This document shows positions 11,935-24,560 of a stretch of DNA of 64,000 nucleotides, one piece after another. The stretch is from Octopus sinensis. Its lineage: Eukaryota. Below the pieces are notes generated by a model, which did no database searches, was not told the origin of the DNA, and saw only the letters and a list, made by a program, of their open reading frames with translations. A program made the position numbers and the translations under genes. Position 1 is the first letter of the stretch. Each line of letters begins with the position of its first letter. The stretch is from contig NW_021836133.1 of NCBI RefSeq assembly GCF_006345805.1, positions 186,001 to 250,000 on the forward strand. Reading direction: 5' to 3'.

Positions 11935-12219
11935 ATAAATCAGTTTTTTAATATATTTTTTAATAATTTCGATTATTATTTACTAATAATAAGGGCTGGG
12001 TGTGTCTTGACTTGTTATTTTAATTCCAAAACATGAGTTGTGGTGCAGGCAGTTTTTAATTAATTAGCCGTTTTTGGTTGTGAATATTTTTCTTATTTTT
12101 AATAATTTCTGGATTTATGTGTGGAATATAAATGATAGATTTACCTATTTATAAGATTATACTATTGCAAGGACAATAGGCTATTTATGATTAATTATCG
12201 TAACTGATAATTTGAAAAT

Positions 12220-12360
12220 CTGTATTCACCAGTGTGCGCACCGCCGTTTACCTCGTAAGATTGCTATCGATACCCTCTAGTACAGCCAGCTGGTTTCCAG
12301 GGAGTGTTTTGTCTCCTTTTCAATGAGCTTCCCGATCGAGAAAAGAATACTCATCCCCTA
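12220..12360 (-). mobile_element. 3'-end stub of CRE-like RLE retroelement
   Basis: IGKLIEKETKHSLETSWLY*RVSIAILRG matches the C-terminus of the copies at 38.7, 45.0, 46.9 and 60.4 kb. Confidence 0.7.
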
Positions 12361-12899
12361 GGGCCTATTTATATTGTTTATAATTAATGTTGAGCAAATT
12401 TAAATCCCACATATTTGAAAATTAAATCCCACATTTTGGAAATTCAGTAAAGTTTTTAAAAATTTAAAGACGTTTTGAAAAAATGGAAATTTCAAAAAAC
12501 AGTAATTTTTTACTTACAGAGAACCACCCGATTTACAATCCATGCAGCCAGGATAATTTAGATTTTGTACCGTTACATATGTTTTTCATAAACCATCTTA
12601 ATTAAAATTAAGTATTTTTAATATATGTGATATGTTTTGGATTCTTAAAATATTGGTCTATAAACAAAAATCAACAAATAAAGATTAACTAAAAAATTTT
12701 TAGATCAATTATTTTTAAGAGTGTTGGTGATTTAATCAATTTTGTCGTCATTTGCCAGTCTGTGAAAAATGCGTGTTTTTAATTGTTAAATTTCTTATAT
12801 TTAGTACCTGTAACACTTCAAAACAACAATTCAAATAGTAGGCCAGACATAAACTAGAGCAGCAACTCCTGTAATAAATTTTTTCTATCTAATTTGATA

Positions 12900-13560
12900 A
12901 TAGCAAAAAAAAGTACATAATTTGATAATTATAACATGCAATAACAGTGTTTATTTCGCTTATCCTTTAATATCTTTTGAAAAGACTTTGGTTATGAAAA
13001 TGAGTATATAGCCTTGTTATAACAGTACACTGGAATTTCCAAAATTTCCAGCGACTTTTTTATTTGTGTCTATCATTTTGAAGAGTTTTCTTGTGATGGT
13101 TCTACAATTCATTGTGTACGCGGATTGTTTAGTCTTTCATGTATCTGAACTACGTTGAACTCTTTACAAAGATTTCTTAGAGACACATTTTCAAATTCTG
13201 AGCCATTATCCAAGTGCAAAATTTTTAAAGGTTCGTATAGGTAGAAAAGCGATTTTAAGTTGTTGCATACTTCTTTTGTAGATTTATGAAAAAGTGAACA
13301 AATTCAAATCTGAATAAATTGTACTAAAACCTATAAATCTACTATAAACATTAATTAATGTTAAAATCTATTTATGTAAACTTTTATAGATCTACAAGAT
13401 CTAGTTGACACTTTTTATTCAGATAAAATGGAAAAATATGATGCTTCATATCACCAGCTTACATTAAAAATTAAAAAAATTAGGTATTTGTAACAGGTAT
13501 ATATGTCACAATTTCTAATGACTTTTCTGATTATGTCATTTTAATAATAAAGTATGTTTA
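12900..13560 (-). mobile_element. Degraded integrase-type (Ginger/KRBA2-like) transposase remnant
   Basis: LFYLYEPLKILHLDNGSEFEN..LCKEFNVVQIH..PRTQ*IVE is an rve core pattern. Boundaries approximate. Confidence 0.65.
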
Positions 13561-14169
13561 AGACATCCGGTTTTGCAGTGATAACACTGATGACGGTGTC
13601 ACTCGTCAATCCGGGTGGATATTCGATGCATGGAACCTTCAGCCAAAGTGATAGCAGTGGGGTCGCAAATCAACATTTAGAATTTATTTAAAAATTTTAA
13701 TGACTGCTCTGTGCCTGATGAGAATTTGTTAGTTTCTTTATGTCAGCCTCACTATTTGACAGATTAAGTCTCCAATCTTCTCCATTCACAATTTCAAATA
13801 ATTTATTTTTTTGGTCAAAATATTGCACTAAATCCTTTGTCAACTAGATATGTTGAAGGAAATGCCATTAAAAGCGTTTCATCTTAATTCCACAATTGAG
13901 GATATTTTTTTCAATATGTAATTCAGAATTGTTGATATCCATGTTTGTTAAAAATAACTTTCGCTTCAAAATCATATTATCTGTTGAGAATCACAATCAA
14001 CCATTAAATTCAGCACTGGTAATATTAAAGCCTTTCGAATAGTATGGAGTTTTCCTGATTTCGCTATCAATTGTGATATTTTATATGATGGCCTTTTTCA
14101 AGCATTTTCGAATTTTTTGTAAATATTGGATTAATCATAAGACAATTTTCATAATTAATTTCAAATTCG

Positions 14170-14390
14170 TTGTCCTTCTTTATTTGGGCTAATTTCCAAT
14201 TATACGGCCAACCATCTTCCCTTATCTTTGATTCCGACATTATCCCGTCTGCTTCTGGAGTTCAACAGGGAGACCATCTGTTGCTACTCCTTTTCTGTTT
14301 TGGAATCCCTGAGGTGACCAAGCTTATATTTTCCCCACTAAACTTTGGTATCTCGACGACGCCACTCTCGGTGGCCCGGACATCGTGTTA
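14170..14390 (+). mobile_element. Fragment of CRE-like reverse transcriptase
   Basis: YGQPSSLIF..IIPSASGVQQGD..LLFC, then (frameshifted) WYLDDATLGGP. Confidence 0.75.
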
Positions 14391-15239
14391 TTATAATTGT
14401 TTCAATTTCATTCCATAACTGAGGATATATTTACATGTAACTCAGAATTGTTGATATCCAAGTTTGTTAAAAATGACTTTAGCTTCAAAATCATATTATC
14501 TGTTCATAATCACAACTATAGTGCTTCATTAAAGAATCACTGTTGTAGTTCATTGCATCAAATATGGATGTTTGTAATCTTGAGAATTAAAGTTTACATG
14601 GATCAAATATTGCTAAGTTTGTTTAATAAGACATCATTTGTTTAAGATCCATATCTGTTATAGGATTCGGTTATTGATATTCGATAAAAACTTAAAACGG
14701 AATTTGCTTCCCAGTGGCATGGATGGTATCAAATGTGACATCTTTGACTATTTCTGTATATTATACAGAAATTTTCCGATCATACATTTAGCTCTATCTT
14801 TACAGACATTCACAAATTTATTCTAATTTAACAGTTTAGTTACTCAGAAGATAAAATTTTAATTGATACTGTATCTGGTAGGATCGGTCCTTTTCTATGA
14901 GAAAGCGAACCTTATGTTTATTCTAAATATTGTATAGGTACATTCTAAGCGATTTCAATTTCAAAAGTGAAGGATAATCTAGACTAGTATACATAACTTT
15001 TTTTACTCGTCACACCTTTTGAACTTTCTTCGCCCAACCAATGAAGCACTGAGCCAGGGTAGACCACCCATTTCATTCTCTTCCCAACACTTTGGAAAGA
15101 ACGCATCAACATATTAGCTTCGTTTTGATGTATGAATGTAAAAAAATTTATAAAATTTCGTTTAATAGTTTATTTTTTTCCAGAAAAAATGAAAGAGGCA
15201 AAAAATTAAGACAATTAATTTTATTTATATGCCCCTTGG

Positions 15240-15620
15240 AACTGAAGATTCTTTGATAGAGCTTCAGAGTCTGCTTTTATATTCGTCAGACTGAGTCGAA
15301 TATTTCCATAATGGATATTTAGAGTGTTTTTTCCAATAGTTAGAATATGTTTTAGAAGACTAAATCTTTTCTCGACTAAATAAGTTGGTAAACATTATAA
15401 CATTATGGTTAATTCTTTTGATTATAATGGAATATTTGCTGAAATATAATATGCTTCAGTTAAATTTGATGAAAAATCATTTGTATTAACAGGAGTGGGA
15501 ATACTCGTTTAAATCTTTATTTTGGAATCCTTTATATGTAAAATATGTTTTGCGTAAATCTGTATCTTTCCAAAAACCATTTATTCGGCATGTTAAATAA
15601 ATATCGCAAAAATTACAATA
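15240..15620 (-). mobile_element. hAT-like transposase C-terminal remnant
   Basis: LVEKRFSLLKHILT resembles the hAT dimerisation motif. A related stretch lies at ~18340-18460. Confidence 0.45.
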
Positions 15621-15907
15621 TAAAGCCCTAGCTGGATGTGATTAGAAACTCCTTTTTATATTATTATTTTAGATTCAAAATATCCCATAGATAATTAAAA
15701 TTGTTAATTTGATGATTTTGATTGTCCCCGTCGTCGAAAAAGAAGTTGGTATGTTGTTACACCAGAAGTCTTCATTAATGATAACCGGTTAAATTCACAT
15801 TGTTTGATATTTAAACAGACTGACGATATTAAATGTTATTTATTTTATTTTCTAAATATTTTTAATTTAGTGAATTAAATATGATAAATTATTCACGTGT
15901 TAAGAGC

Positions 15908-16530
15908 AGTCGAACCCCGCCCCAATCAAAACCCCGGTTTGGGGCAACCTCGCTTTTTTTGACAATTTCTTCCGAAAAACACAACATCTTTGATTCAACC
16001 TCTAGACATGGCTATAATAAAATGTTTTAAAGTACAAAATGTAGTGTTCGTTTTTTATTTTGGTTTACTGTATATTACACAAACATCCTAATATATTTTA
16101 TGTTCAATTTGAAAGAAGATACAACAATTAATCCTAAATCTTTGAAAAATATAGATAAGCGAAAGATTATGGTACTTATTAAAAAAGCGTGGATGGAAGT
16201 TAAAGAAACAACAATAATTAATTGTTGAAAGAAAATGGAGGAAAATAGAGAATAATTAGTTGAAGATAAAATTTCCGGGAAGAAGTCCTGTAAGAAATAA
16301 TAGCTGAAGTAATATCTGAAGAAAATGAAGATCTAGTCAAAAGTCGCGAATTTTATAATGAATTGGGACAGAGGACAAAACAACGATATTAGAAATGATC
16401 GATAAGTTGGAAAATGTGGTGAAAAATACAACTTTTGAGACACTCCAAAAATATTATGAGTTTAGATTTAACTTGGAAAAGATTTAAGAAATAAGAAAAA
16501 TTTGAAATTGACTGATTATTTCAAAAAAAA
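15908..16530 (+). mobile_element. Internally deleted pogo/Tigger remnant
   Basis: Terminus CAGTCGAACCCCGCCCCA, similar to the inverted end at ~52836-52853. Decayed LIQPLDM..IKCFK and KKAWMEVKETTIINC motifs. Confidence 0.55.
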
Positions 16531-17449
16531 TGTTTTAAAAAAAATGATTTATTAATTAATCAAAATCAAATGAAAAAAAAGAATAGAAATCTATCAAACT
16601 ATAGAGCAAAAAAGCACAACTTATTGTATTATCGCCATACAAACACTTTAGAAGATGTGAAAGAGTTCTTTGTATGCAAAGTAAACCAAAATTTAAATTA
16701 AATGAACTATAAATCAATAGTTTGAACCAGACCCTTGTTTAGAAAGGCACCTTTGTTTTTTTGAAGATTAATTAAATTGACTACTGGTAAACCAATCAAA
16801 TGGATGTTCGGACCTGGTTTATCTTAATGAAGGATTCGTTCCATAATCCTTTTGAATTCGAACCTTTTAAGTAATTTTAAATTTAATTCATATTTTGACA
16901 CATACACTCTCAACGTTCTGTTCATTCTGTATATTACGGAGAACCCAAGTTAACTTTTGGGAAGGTGAATTCGAATTTATCTCTGTTGAATTATCATATT
17001 GTTCTAGTGGAACTGAGAATTTTCAGATATTGCATTCTTTAACAACCTAACAAATAATCTATCTTTTCAATATAAAAAAATTCTCGTTTACATAAGGGTT
17101 TGAAAGTATTATGTTTTTTAAAAAAATTTCTTAATAAAAAATATTTTAAGATTTTAATTGATATTTTTTACAAATAAGAAAAAATCAAAATGCTTCACAA
17201 ATCATTAAGACGCAGAAATTTACTTAAGACAGACATTTATTTTTATATCAGAAATGTATTTTATTTGCAAATTCTGTCTTTTTGAATGTTCTATCTGTAC
17301 ATTTTGGAAGGAAATTTAAGTTTATTGTTTTAAGCATCAAATAATCATGGTATCGTCGATTTATAAATTCGTCTCTGTTTATTCGGATTTTTTATTAGCA
17401 AGCAATTAAGACAATTTATGTTATTTATTTTTTTTAATTATTTTCATAA

Positions 17450-18300
17450 GTATTTTCTTCGTGGTTCCATCGTCCATTTGAACTTTTACCATATGATACA
17501 AGAGAATTTCAGCTATTGTACAAACTTGTCAGTATTGTCTTTCGAATTTCTTGAGTGCAAATGAGAGATTGGTAACACAGTTCTTTTGAATCCTTATCTG
17601 CAATTTAGAATAATCTGAGTTACCTTACCTTAAATTTTGAATGAATATTTTATTCGTTGTTTTACAGTAAAGTATCTTTTAGCCACATGTTCTCGTGATG
17701 TTATGTCCACAATGCGATTGTTTCAGGTAGATATTTTTCCATTGACCTTAACCCCTAAAAATTTTTTTAGGAAGAAAATATGAAAAAGTTAACACAAGTT
17801 TAATAACCCCTAAACAGACACCTAACCTAACCCAAAACTTATTTTTGAAAATCAAGTTGTCAGCTTTTCTAATTTTAAGAAAATTTTTTAAAATTAAGAT
17901 TTTAGTTTTTTTAATCATGAGAAATGCAAATTTTCTATATTGCGACAATCTCCTTGTATTGTGAAATTCTTGCCAGTCCATAAATAACAAAGTACTTAGT
18001 TACATTCAATTGTTCATATAAAGTGCATTTTCTATTTTGAACGTTTATATCGGTCATGACGAAGCAAAAAACAATCGCCAATTTTGTTGGAGGTTTAGTA
18101 GCCATGCATCTTTTGACTTGACAAAAAACAAACTTCTTTATATATTCTTGAATTTCTTTTCTCTTTAGGTTGTACATTTTCTTTAAAAGACTGTATAGTC
18201 TGTATCTTCCAAAATGGTCATAATTGTGTTCAGCCTACTTTTTGATCAGGAACACCAGTTACCTCAATTGTTAAATTTTTTAATTCTGCCTAATCAAAAA
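17450..18300 (-). mobile_element. Degraded integrase-type element remnant
   Basis: Decayed HHCC zinc-binding region (DHFGRYRLYSLLK.MYNLKRKEIQEYIKKFVFCQ) and a downstream FKWTMEP segment resembling GPY/F. Confidence 0.45.
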
Positions 18301-18469
18301 TAAAAAATCAGCCTGAATCCATTTTCAGGTAAAATTGTTTTTTATTCTCAAATTCAAAAGATTCGGATAATTTTGTGTTTCTCTCCATAGTTAGAATATT
18401 TTTTAATTGGCTAAATCTTTTCTCGACTAAATAAGGTGGAACCATTATAACATCGAGGTTATCTCATTC

Positions 18470-19150
18470 CAAAAACTAGGAAATTTTCTTTACTTTTTTG
18501 ATCACACGACATGTATAACTGAAGCTAACAAGTGATTTCGAAATAAAAAGTTCGAAATACAATGCCGTTTCGTCACAATTAAACACGTTCGTAGGTTCAT
18601 AAGTTCGAAATAATAATCATATTAGTCAAAAAAGAAAGGAAACAATGACCTGTCAGACGATTCTGGCATCTCCATGAATAGTTTTGTTAATATTTCATAC
18701 CTTTTTTCAAAACGGTCCAATCATTCATTCGATGCTTTAAACGAGTTCAAGTGGAGTTCTTGGGTAATTTTTAACACAATATTATTAAACAATGTTCCTG
18801 AAACTGGAATTTTATAATCCCTAAATCTTGGAAAGCTGAAAAGGCTAACTTTTCTATCTCCGAGAAATTAGACAAGTTTAAATCAATTTTTATTGATTGA
18901 TTTGACGAATACTTATCCTGACTTTGATTAGAAAACGAGTGAGACGATTTTTAAGCCGATCCTTTTGGAAATAGTCGTGACTAAATTTAGCACAATCTAA
19001 CAAACCACTCTGAAAACGATGACTGCATACTAGTTATTCAACTATTATTGTTACTAATTTCAAACATTAAAGAATACGCGTGTGCGAAATCCAAAGTAAT
19101 TTTGTTCTTTTGTCTCCACTTTTTTTGCACCTTAAATGAAATGCTATCTG
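18470..19150 (-). mobile_element. Degraded pogo/Tigger transposase remnant
   Basis: FKASNE*LDRF and YEPTNVFNCDETALYF motifs on the minus strand. Confidence 0.6.
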
Positions 19151-19756
19151 TGCTGGATTTGCAGTTTATGTTAAAGAAAATTTTGAAATTTTTAAGACTT
19201 TTATTGAGATGAAAAATATGAAGAAAAACTTCGTGAGAAAATTTTGTATTATTAGAGATCAGTTCAATTTATTTCGATAGAAAGATGTGTTCATGCCTAT
19301 CTTGTCAATTACAATGAAATTCAACATTGTTCGTCAACATGAACCAAGCTAGTATTAGATAAGGGTTCACAAATTTTGATTCTGATCTACGAATTTTGTT
19401 TATTTAGTTTTCTAACCTAGTAAAAGTTTGATGACTTGGTCGGTAACATTTGGCTTTTCAAATTTCTTATAATGGCTTTAGATATACGTGATTAAAGGAT
19501 TGGGCGTTTTTTTCTTTTTATTGTAGAAATAATGAGTACATTTGAAAGCTTAGTAGATCATGAATAGAGAATAAGCTGTTCACAAACGGAGAATGCAGAT
19601 AAGAAACGTTTATTCTAGGGTATGAAGAAATGTTGAACAAATATGTTGTAAAATATTGAAATATTTTAATAGAATAAGTTCCCGTTTTTATTACGGCGAC
19701 ATTCAATTTTCAGGATATAATAACGATTAATGTCAAGATATTTATCACTTGTTCTG

Positions 19757-21110
19757 TCAATTTATTCCCGTTCTTAAACCCACAAAGAGCAACAACACAT
19801 GAATTCTGGGAATATACACTCGGAGTGACCTTAAAGAATGAAATGAGAGTTTGGCTGTGCTTTTCAACAAAATGAATTTCCCGCTTTCATGGATAATAAA
19901 GACTTGAGGAGTGAGAATGAGGACTTTGACTGGCTCCCCGAACCACGTAGTGACCTCATAGGGGAGGTCGGGTGGGAGAAGGAGAGAGAGCAAGAAAAGG
20001 GTTGTATCCACAACATGTTTGTATATTATTCCAGCAGTTCTACCACTCCTAACTCATTCCTTTATAAGCCAGGGAATGCACGTGCCATTTCAATGTCTTT
20101 GATGTAGTACAGTCTGGTAGGCAATTAGGGGGGTCACCAAATATGCAAATCTTGGATTAAAACACAAACTAACTCCGTGTTAATGAACTGAACCTAGTTG
20201 TCTACAAAACTTGTATTTTGTTGATTAACCACTATTCCGAACATGCCTATTTGTTAGTCCAGCGGTTCTCAACCTTTTTTAGACTGGGGACCACTTTTGC
20301 ACTATAAAATTTTGTGGGGACCACCTTAAATAAAATAAACATTTTTTGGTATTAGCGCACAATTTTTGGCCTCGTCAAGGCCAGTTTAGACATGTTCGAA
20401 TATTTATTATAAAATAACATGAACATTATGAAAATAACAGAAAATTTAATAGTAATTTAGTGAGATTTCTGATCTTGTTTGCTCAGAATAATTTTACTTA
20501 TATCAGGCTCTATGTTCGACAAAGCTACTCGCATATCATCTTGTACCCGTAGTCTATTTCTATATTTTGTTTTTAGAAAAGTCAGACACGACATCGCCAT
20601 TTCACAGTGATAAGTAGTGGGGAATACAAGTATTGATTCCAATGCAGTTTTACTAAAAATGGGGAATTCTTTATATTGTTATTTTTCGAAAATTCCTGGG
20701 GACCACTAAAAATTTTCTGGGGACCACGATTGAGAACCGCTTGATTAATTTCAATGTTTTTGATTTATACTTAATTGTAAAATTAGTTTTAACTTTAATA
20801 TATTGTTATTTTTCGAAAATTCCTGGGGACCACTAAAAATTTTCTGGGGACCACGATTGAGAACCGCTTGATTAATTTCAATGTTTTTGATTTATACTTA
20901 ATTGTAAAATTAGTTTTAACTTTAATATATTTTTATTTTTCGAAAATTCCTGGGGACCACTAAAAATTTTCTGGGGACCACTAGTGGTCCCCGGGGACCA
21001 CGGTTGAGAACCGCTGTGTTAGTCTATTTAAATAATAAGTAAATGGGAAAACAACAAAATATATAGTCATATTGGCCGGTCTAATCCACTAACAGTCCAT
21101 TAGCCTGTAG
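19757..21110 (-). pseudogene. PRMT5: PRMT5-like N-terminal (TIM-barrel) fragment, interrupted by a hAT element, with no methyltransferase domain visible
   Basis: LSLLLPPDLPYEVTTWFGEPVKVLILTPQVFIIHESGKFILLKS matches the PRMT5 DLP..WLGEPIKA..F..N.KG.PVLSK block. Transposon debris follows downstream. The upstream extent is uncertain. Confidence 0.6.
20260..21016 (-). mobile_element. Non-autonomous hAT (Charlie/Buster-type) element
   Basis: Perfect 15-bp TIR CAGCGGTTCTCAACC and 8-bp TSD TGTTAGTC (20252-20259, 21017-21024). Retains the transposase C-terminus FPTTYHCEMAMSCLTFLKTKYRNRL..DMRVALSNIEPDISK. Confidence 0.92.
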
Positions 21111-21187
21111 GGAGTGGAGTATGCTCACTCGCCCTTTTACAACGACTAACTACCGTCGACCGTGCACTCACAATCTTCTAGGGATAT

Positions 21188-21655
21188 TCAATATCTGCAT
21201 GTACAACACGTCAAATCTGTTCCTCCGCGCACACCAACTGTCCCCACAGATATGTCCACAATGGGTAGGACAACTGAATGGTCTTCCCTACCTGTCACCA
21301 CACAACACAAACATAGAGAGAAACACTCTCTCGACTGGTATATCTTGCCCCCACTCGTCCTCACCCACGATGTCGGATACCCACATTTCATCTCCCCACT
21401 ATTAGGCAACCCCTCATCCGCGAAGTACACATTAGATGCTGAGTGGGAGTAGATTGCCTGCGTGTGTCGACCACCACATATCCCTGCCGTGTGCCCATCA
21501 CCAGTCTGGTTATAAACTACTCGTCCTAATTGAGTGACACACTCAAAAAGAGGGTGCACTTGGTATATTCTACAGTTGGGTTGAATTTCCTTGGGCTGAA
21601 TTTCCTCCGAATATTTGACTGTCTTCCAACACCTCAGGTCCTCAAGGATGGTCAT
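21188..21655 (-). CDS. Exon(s) of an uncharacterised Cys-containing protein, possibly with a CUB-like module
   Basis: 155-aa ORF in a GC-elevated segment. C..VVYNQ..GICGG..AIYSHS..VYF loosely resembles the CUB consensus. Gene model not resolved. Confidence 0.3.
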   Translation of the reverse strand: MTILEDLRCWKTVKYSEEIQPKEIQPNCRIYQVHPLFECVTQLGRVVYNQTGDGHTAGICGGRHTQAIYSHSASNVYFADEGLPNSGEMKCGYPTSWVRTSGGKIYQSRECFSLCLCCVVTGREDHSVVLPIVDISVGTVGVRGGTDLTCCTCRY

Positions 21656-22737
21656 TTCCGCATTTGCACAAACTTGTATTTGGTAGTTGAAATTGATAGT
21701 AATATTATAACTATCATATATGTTTATTTTAAAACCTTAAAACCTTAAAATTTTTAAATTTAATAAAATAAATAAGCTAGTGGTTGTGATGCTCACGTTT
21801 ACGAACAATGGTGAGCTAGTGGGCCACTGGAGAGTGTCTTTGGAGTATTGGGGGGCTGGGAAGGAGACATGGCAGTCATTTTGCAGACATATCGCGCCTG
21901 TAGTGATCGCCGGAACACTCTGAGTGCAGACTGTAAGGCTCACAAGCCGGAAATATTGCTTGTGACAAATATGTGTACAAATAATGGTGACCTCACAGAG
22001 AGTGCTACCCGTCATGCCAGGCATCCATTGTTAACATAATGCTACCCCCATCAAGCCACGGGAGTGTCCCCACATGTCCTCCCCAGTCTGATGGTATGAT
22101 CTGCTAGCCGCCCCTTTTCTTTTATACACGTCTGCCTCCTATTCAGCGAGTTTTGTTGATTTGTCCTGATCATTTGACTGGTTATCCTGTTTGACTTATC
22201 TCTCTTACTTCTATTTGGATTGATTAGGTTTATTTTGTCGGTGATTTCCTACCCAGCATGAGTGACCCAGAATATCCAAATGACAAGGAGGGAGATCAGT
22301 TGGAGGGGCACTACTGGTGTTGTCGGTTTATTAGAGACGGGTACAACACAGCAGTGTAGTGTGGTGAATATAGCCAGGATAATGGTAGACTGCACTAAAA
22401 ACACTAACAGCATTCGAGAATATCAAATAGCCACTTTAATCATTGATTGTGTGTTTAATAACCAATTGGAGAAGGTGGAATTCACAGGCTGCCCACTACT
22501 ACGATCGAGTAACATGACTAAGGAGGCGATTGTGTTGTTTTTTGTCCCTCAATGGTAGGGAAGGCTTATACTCTCCGAACTCAGGTTTTCAGTGGACGGA
22601 TTAGCCTTGAGAGGTCATCGACATGTGAGGATTGTCAATGGTTGGCAAACTATTTGATGTTGAAGTTGACGTTTCATCCATGTTCGGAGAGTGAAAGTAA
22701 TAGTCAAAGCTTAATCAGCTTATCTTTTATAGAAATA

Positions 22738-24391
22738 CAGTGACTCCTCTGAAATTGGCCATTTTTGGTTCCACGTGTTTTTGTGGTCAATTCGAGAAAT
22801 GGCCAATTTGAGAAATAAAATCAATCTTTTGTGTAAATTAAATTTTGAATAAGAACAACTTTTATCCAGAAAATTTTAAGTAATTAAGCATTATTAATGT
22901 TCTTAAAGTAGAATTGGATGCCCATCTGCTTTTTTTGAGTTTAATAATGACATTTTCCTTATAGCGCCTTATGGATGTAATCAATTGAACTTCATGTTCG
23001 TTCTCAATGTTTTTTAGGAGGTCGTTTTCAATTTTAGTTAACTTAACCACAATGTCTTATTTGTCAATTGAATCATTGGATTCTACTTCATTGGATTCTA
23101 CTTCAGCTTCTACTTCTTCTTCATTTTTTATATTTTCAATATCCTCAACGTCTTGAAATGTATCATTTCAGAATATTCAAAATTAAGAAATTCTTCGACT
23201 TCTAAGGGATCAAAAATGTCAGTTTTTTCTACTGCAATATCTTGAACTTCAACTACATGATTCTTTTTGAATGGGTTGCTTAATATTCCGAAACAATTTG
23301 CAATCGTTTTTTCAGACACATCTTCCCAAGCCATTTTTACGAAAATTACAGTATCCTTTAGAGTTAACTTTTTGTAGGAACTGTATACTGAAATATTTTG
23401 CTGTTCCAACAAATCAGTCAAATACATTAACTTGTGTCGAGTAAAATGTGTTTTAAATGTTTTTATTATACCCAAATCCACAGGTTGAATAAGACCAGTA
23501 CTATTTGGAGGAAAAAACAATATTTTTATGTTATCCAAATTTGATGGAACACAATGTGAAGGACAATTGTCCATGAGAAATAAAATTTGCTTTTTTTCAT
23601 TTTTGAGATGGTAATCAAAGTTAGTAAAAATTGTTCCTGTCATCCAAGCCAGTTAGTAAAAATTGTTCCTGTCATCCAAGCTCGTTTTGAGCTATAATAA
23701 TCAATGAAACATTTATAGTCAAGATTTAAAGCATCTTGGCATTTTAGGTTTCGAGATCATCACAGGTTTCAATTTATGATTTCCACTCATATTTGAACAT
23801 AGCATAATAGAAACAAGATCTTTGAAATTTTTATATCCTTGAAATCTGTTTCTACAAATACTCTTCGAAGGAATCAGCTTGTAATACAATCCCGTTTCGT
23901 CCAAGTTATAAATTTGATCGGCATTATAACTCTTTGATATTTCTATGAATTTTTCGATAAATAAGTCGACATCTACTGGATCATTAGTTCTCATTTCTCC
24001 ATGTAACTTGGTCATTCGAAAACCATGCCTCTTTTTGAATTTATGAAGGTATCCATTTGAGTTTTTAAAATTATCCAGTTTTAATTCAGCTGCGAATCTA
24101 TCAGCCAAATACTGACATGAAACATCTTTATTTTGATTTTTATGAGTTAAAATCTGTATTTTTTGATAAAAAGTGAGACGAGTATAATTACCACGAGAAT
24201 TGTTCGAAGACATAAAATAACTGAAATTTTATTAATTTGCAAATTATATAAAATATGTTTTAAAATTTATGGTCAATTTGAGAATTGGCCACTTTCAATG
24301 GAAATTCGAATTTTTCTTAAGATAATTTTATAAGTGTGGTCAATTTCAGAGGTGGCAATTTCAGAGGTGGCCAATTTCAGAGGAGTCACTG
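22738..24391 (-). mobile_element. pogo/Tigger DNA transposon, both ends present, transposase disrupted
   Basis: TIR CAGTGACTCCTCTGAAATTGGCCA with TA TSD. ORFs 23719-24213 (YNLDETGLYY) and 23128-23643 (MDNCPSH, FFPPNSTGLIQPVDLGII). Tandem ~31-bp duplication at ~23620-23681. Confidence 0.92.
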
Positions 24392-24560
24392 TATGGCCAT
24401 TCTGATGTCTTTGGGGTCAAGCAAAGTGACTGGTCGAACTAAGGTATGTAAATTTGCTAGTAGAAATGTATATTCATCTTAATCTGCATCAAATGGATAG
24501 ATTGAATATAATTGGAAGTTTTGGGATTTTCTTTTTATCAGAATAAGTCGTGTACTCGTC

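Noticed and set aside
17748-17835. Telomere-like CCTAACCTAACC / TAACCCCTAAA motifs
   Set aside because: Only two or three scattered units inside a transposon remnant, with no array.
20675-21016. CRISPR-like repeat array
   Set aside because: The units are identical tandem copies of a hAT terminus with no unique spacers, in a eukaryotic context with no cas genes.
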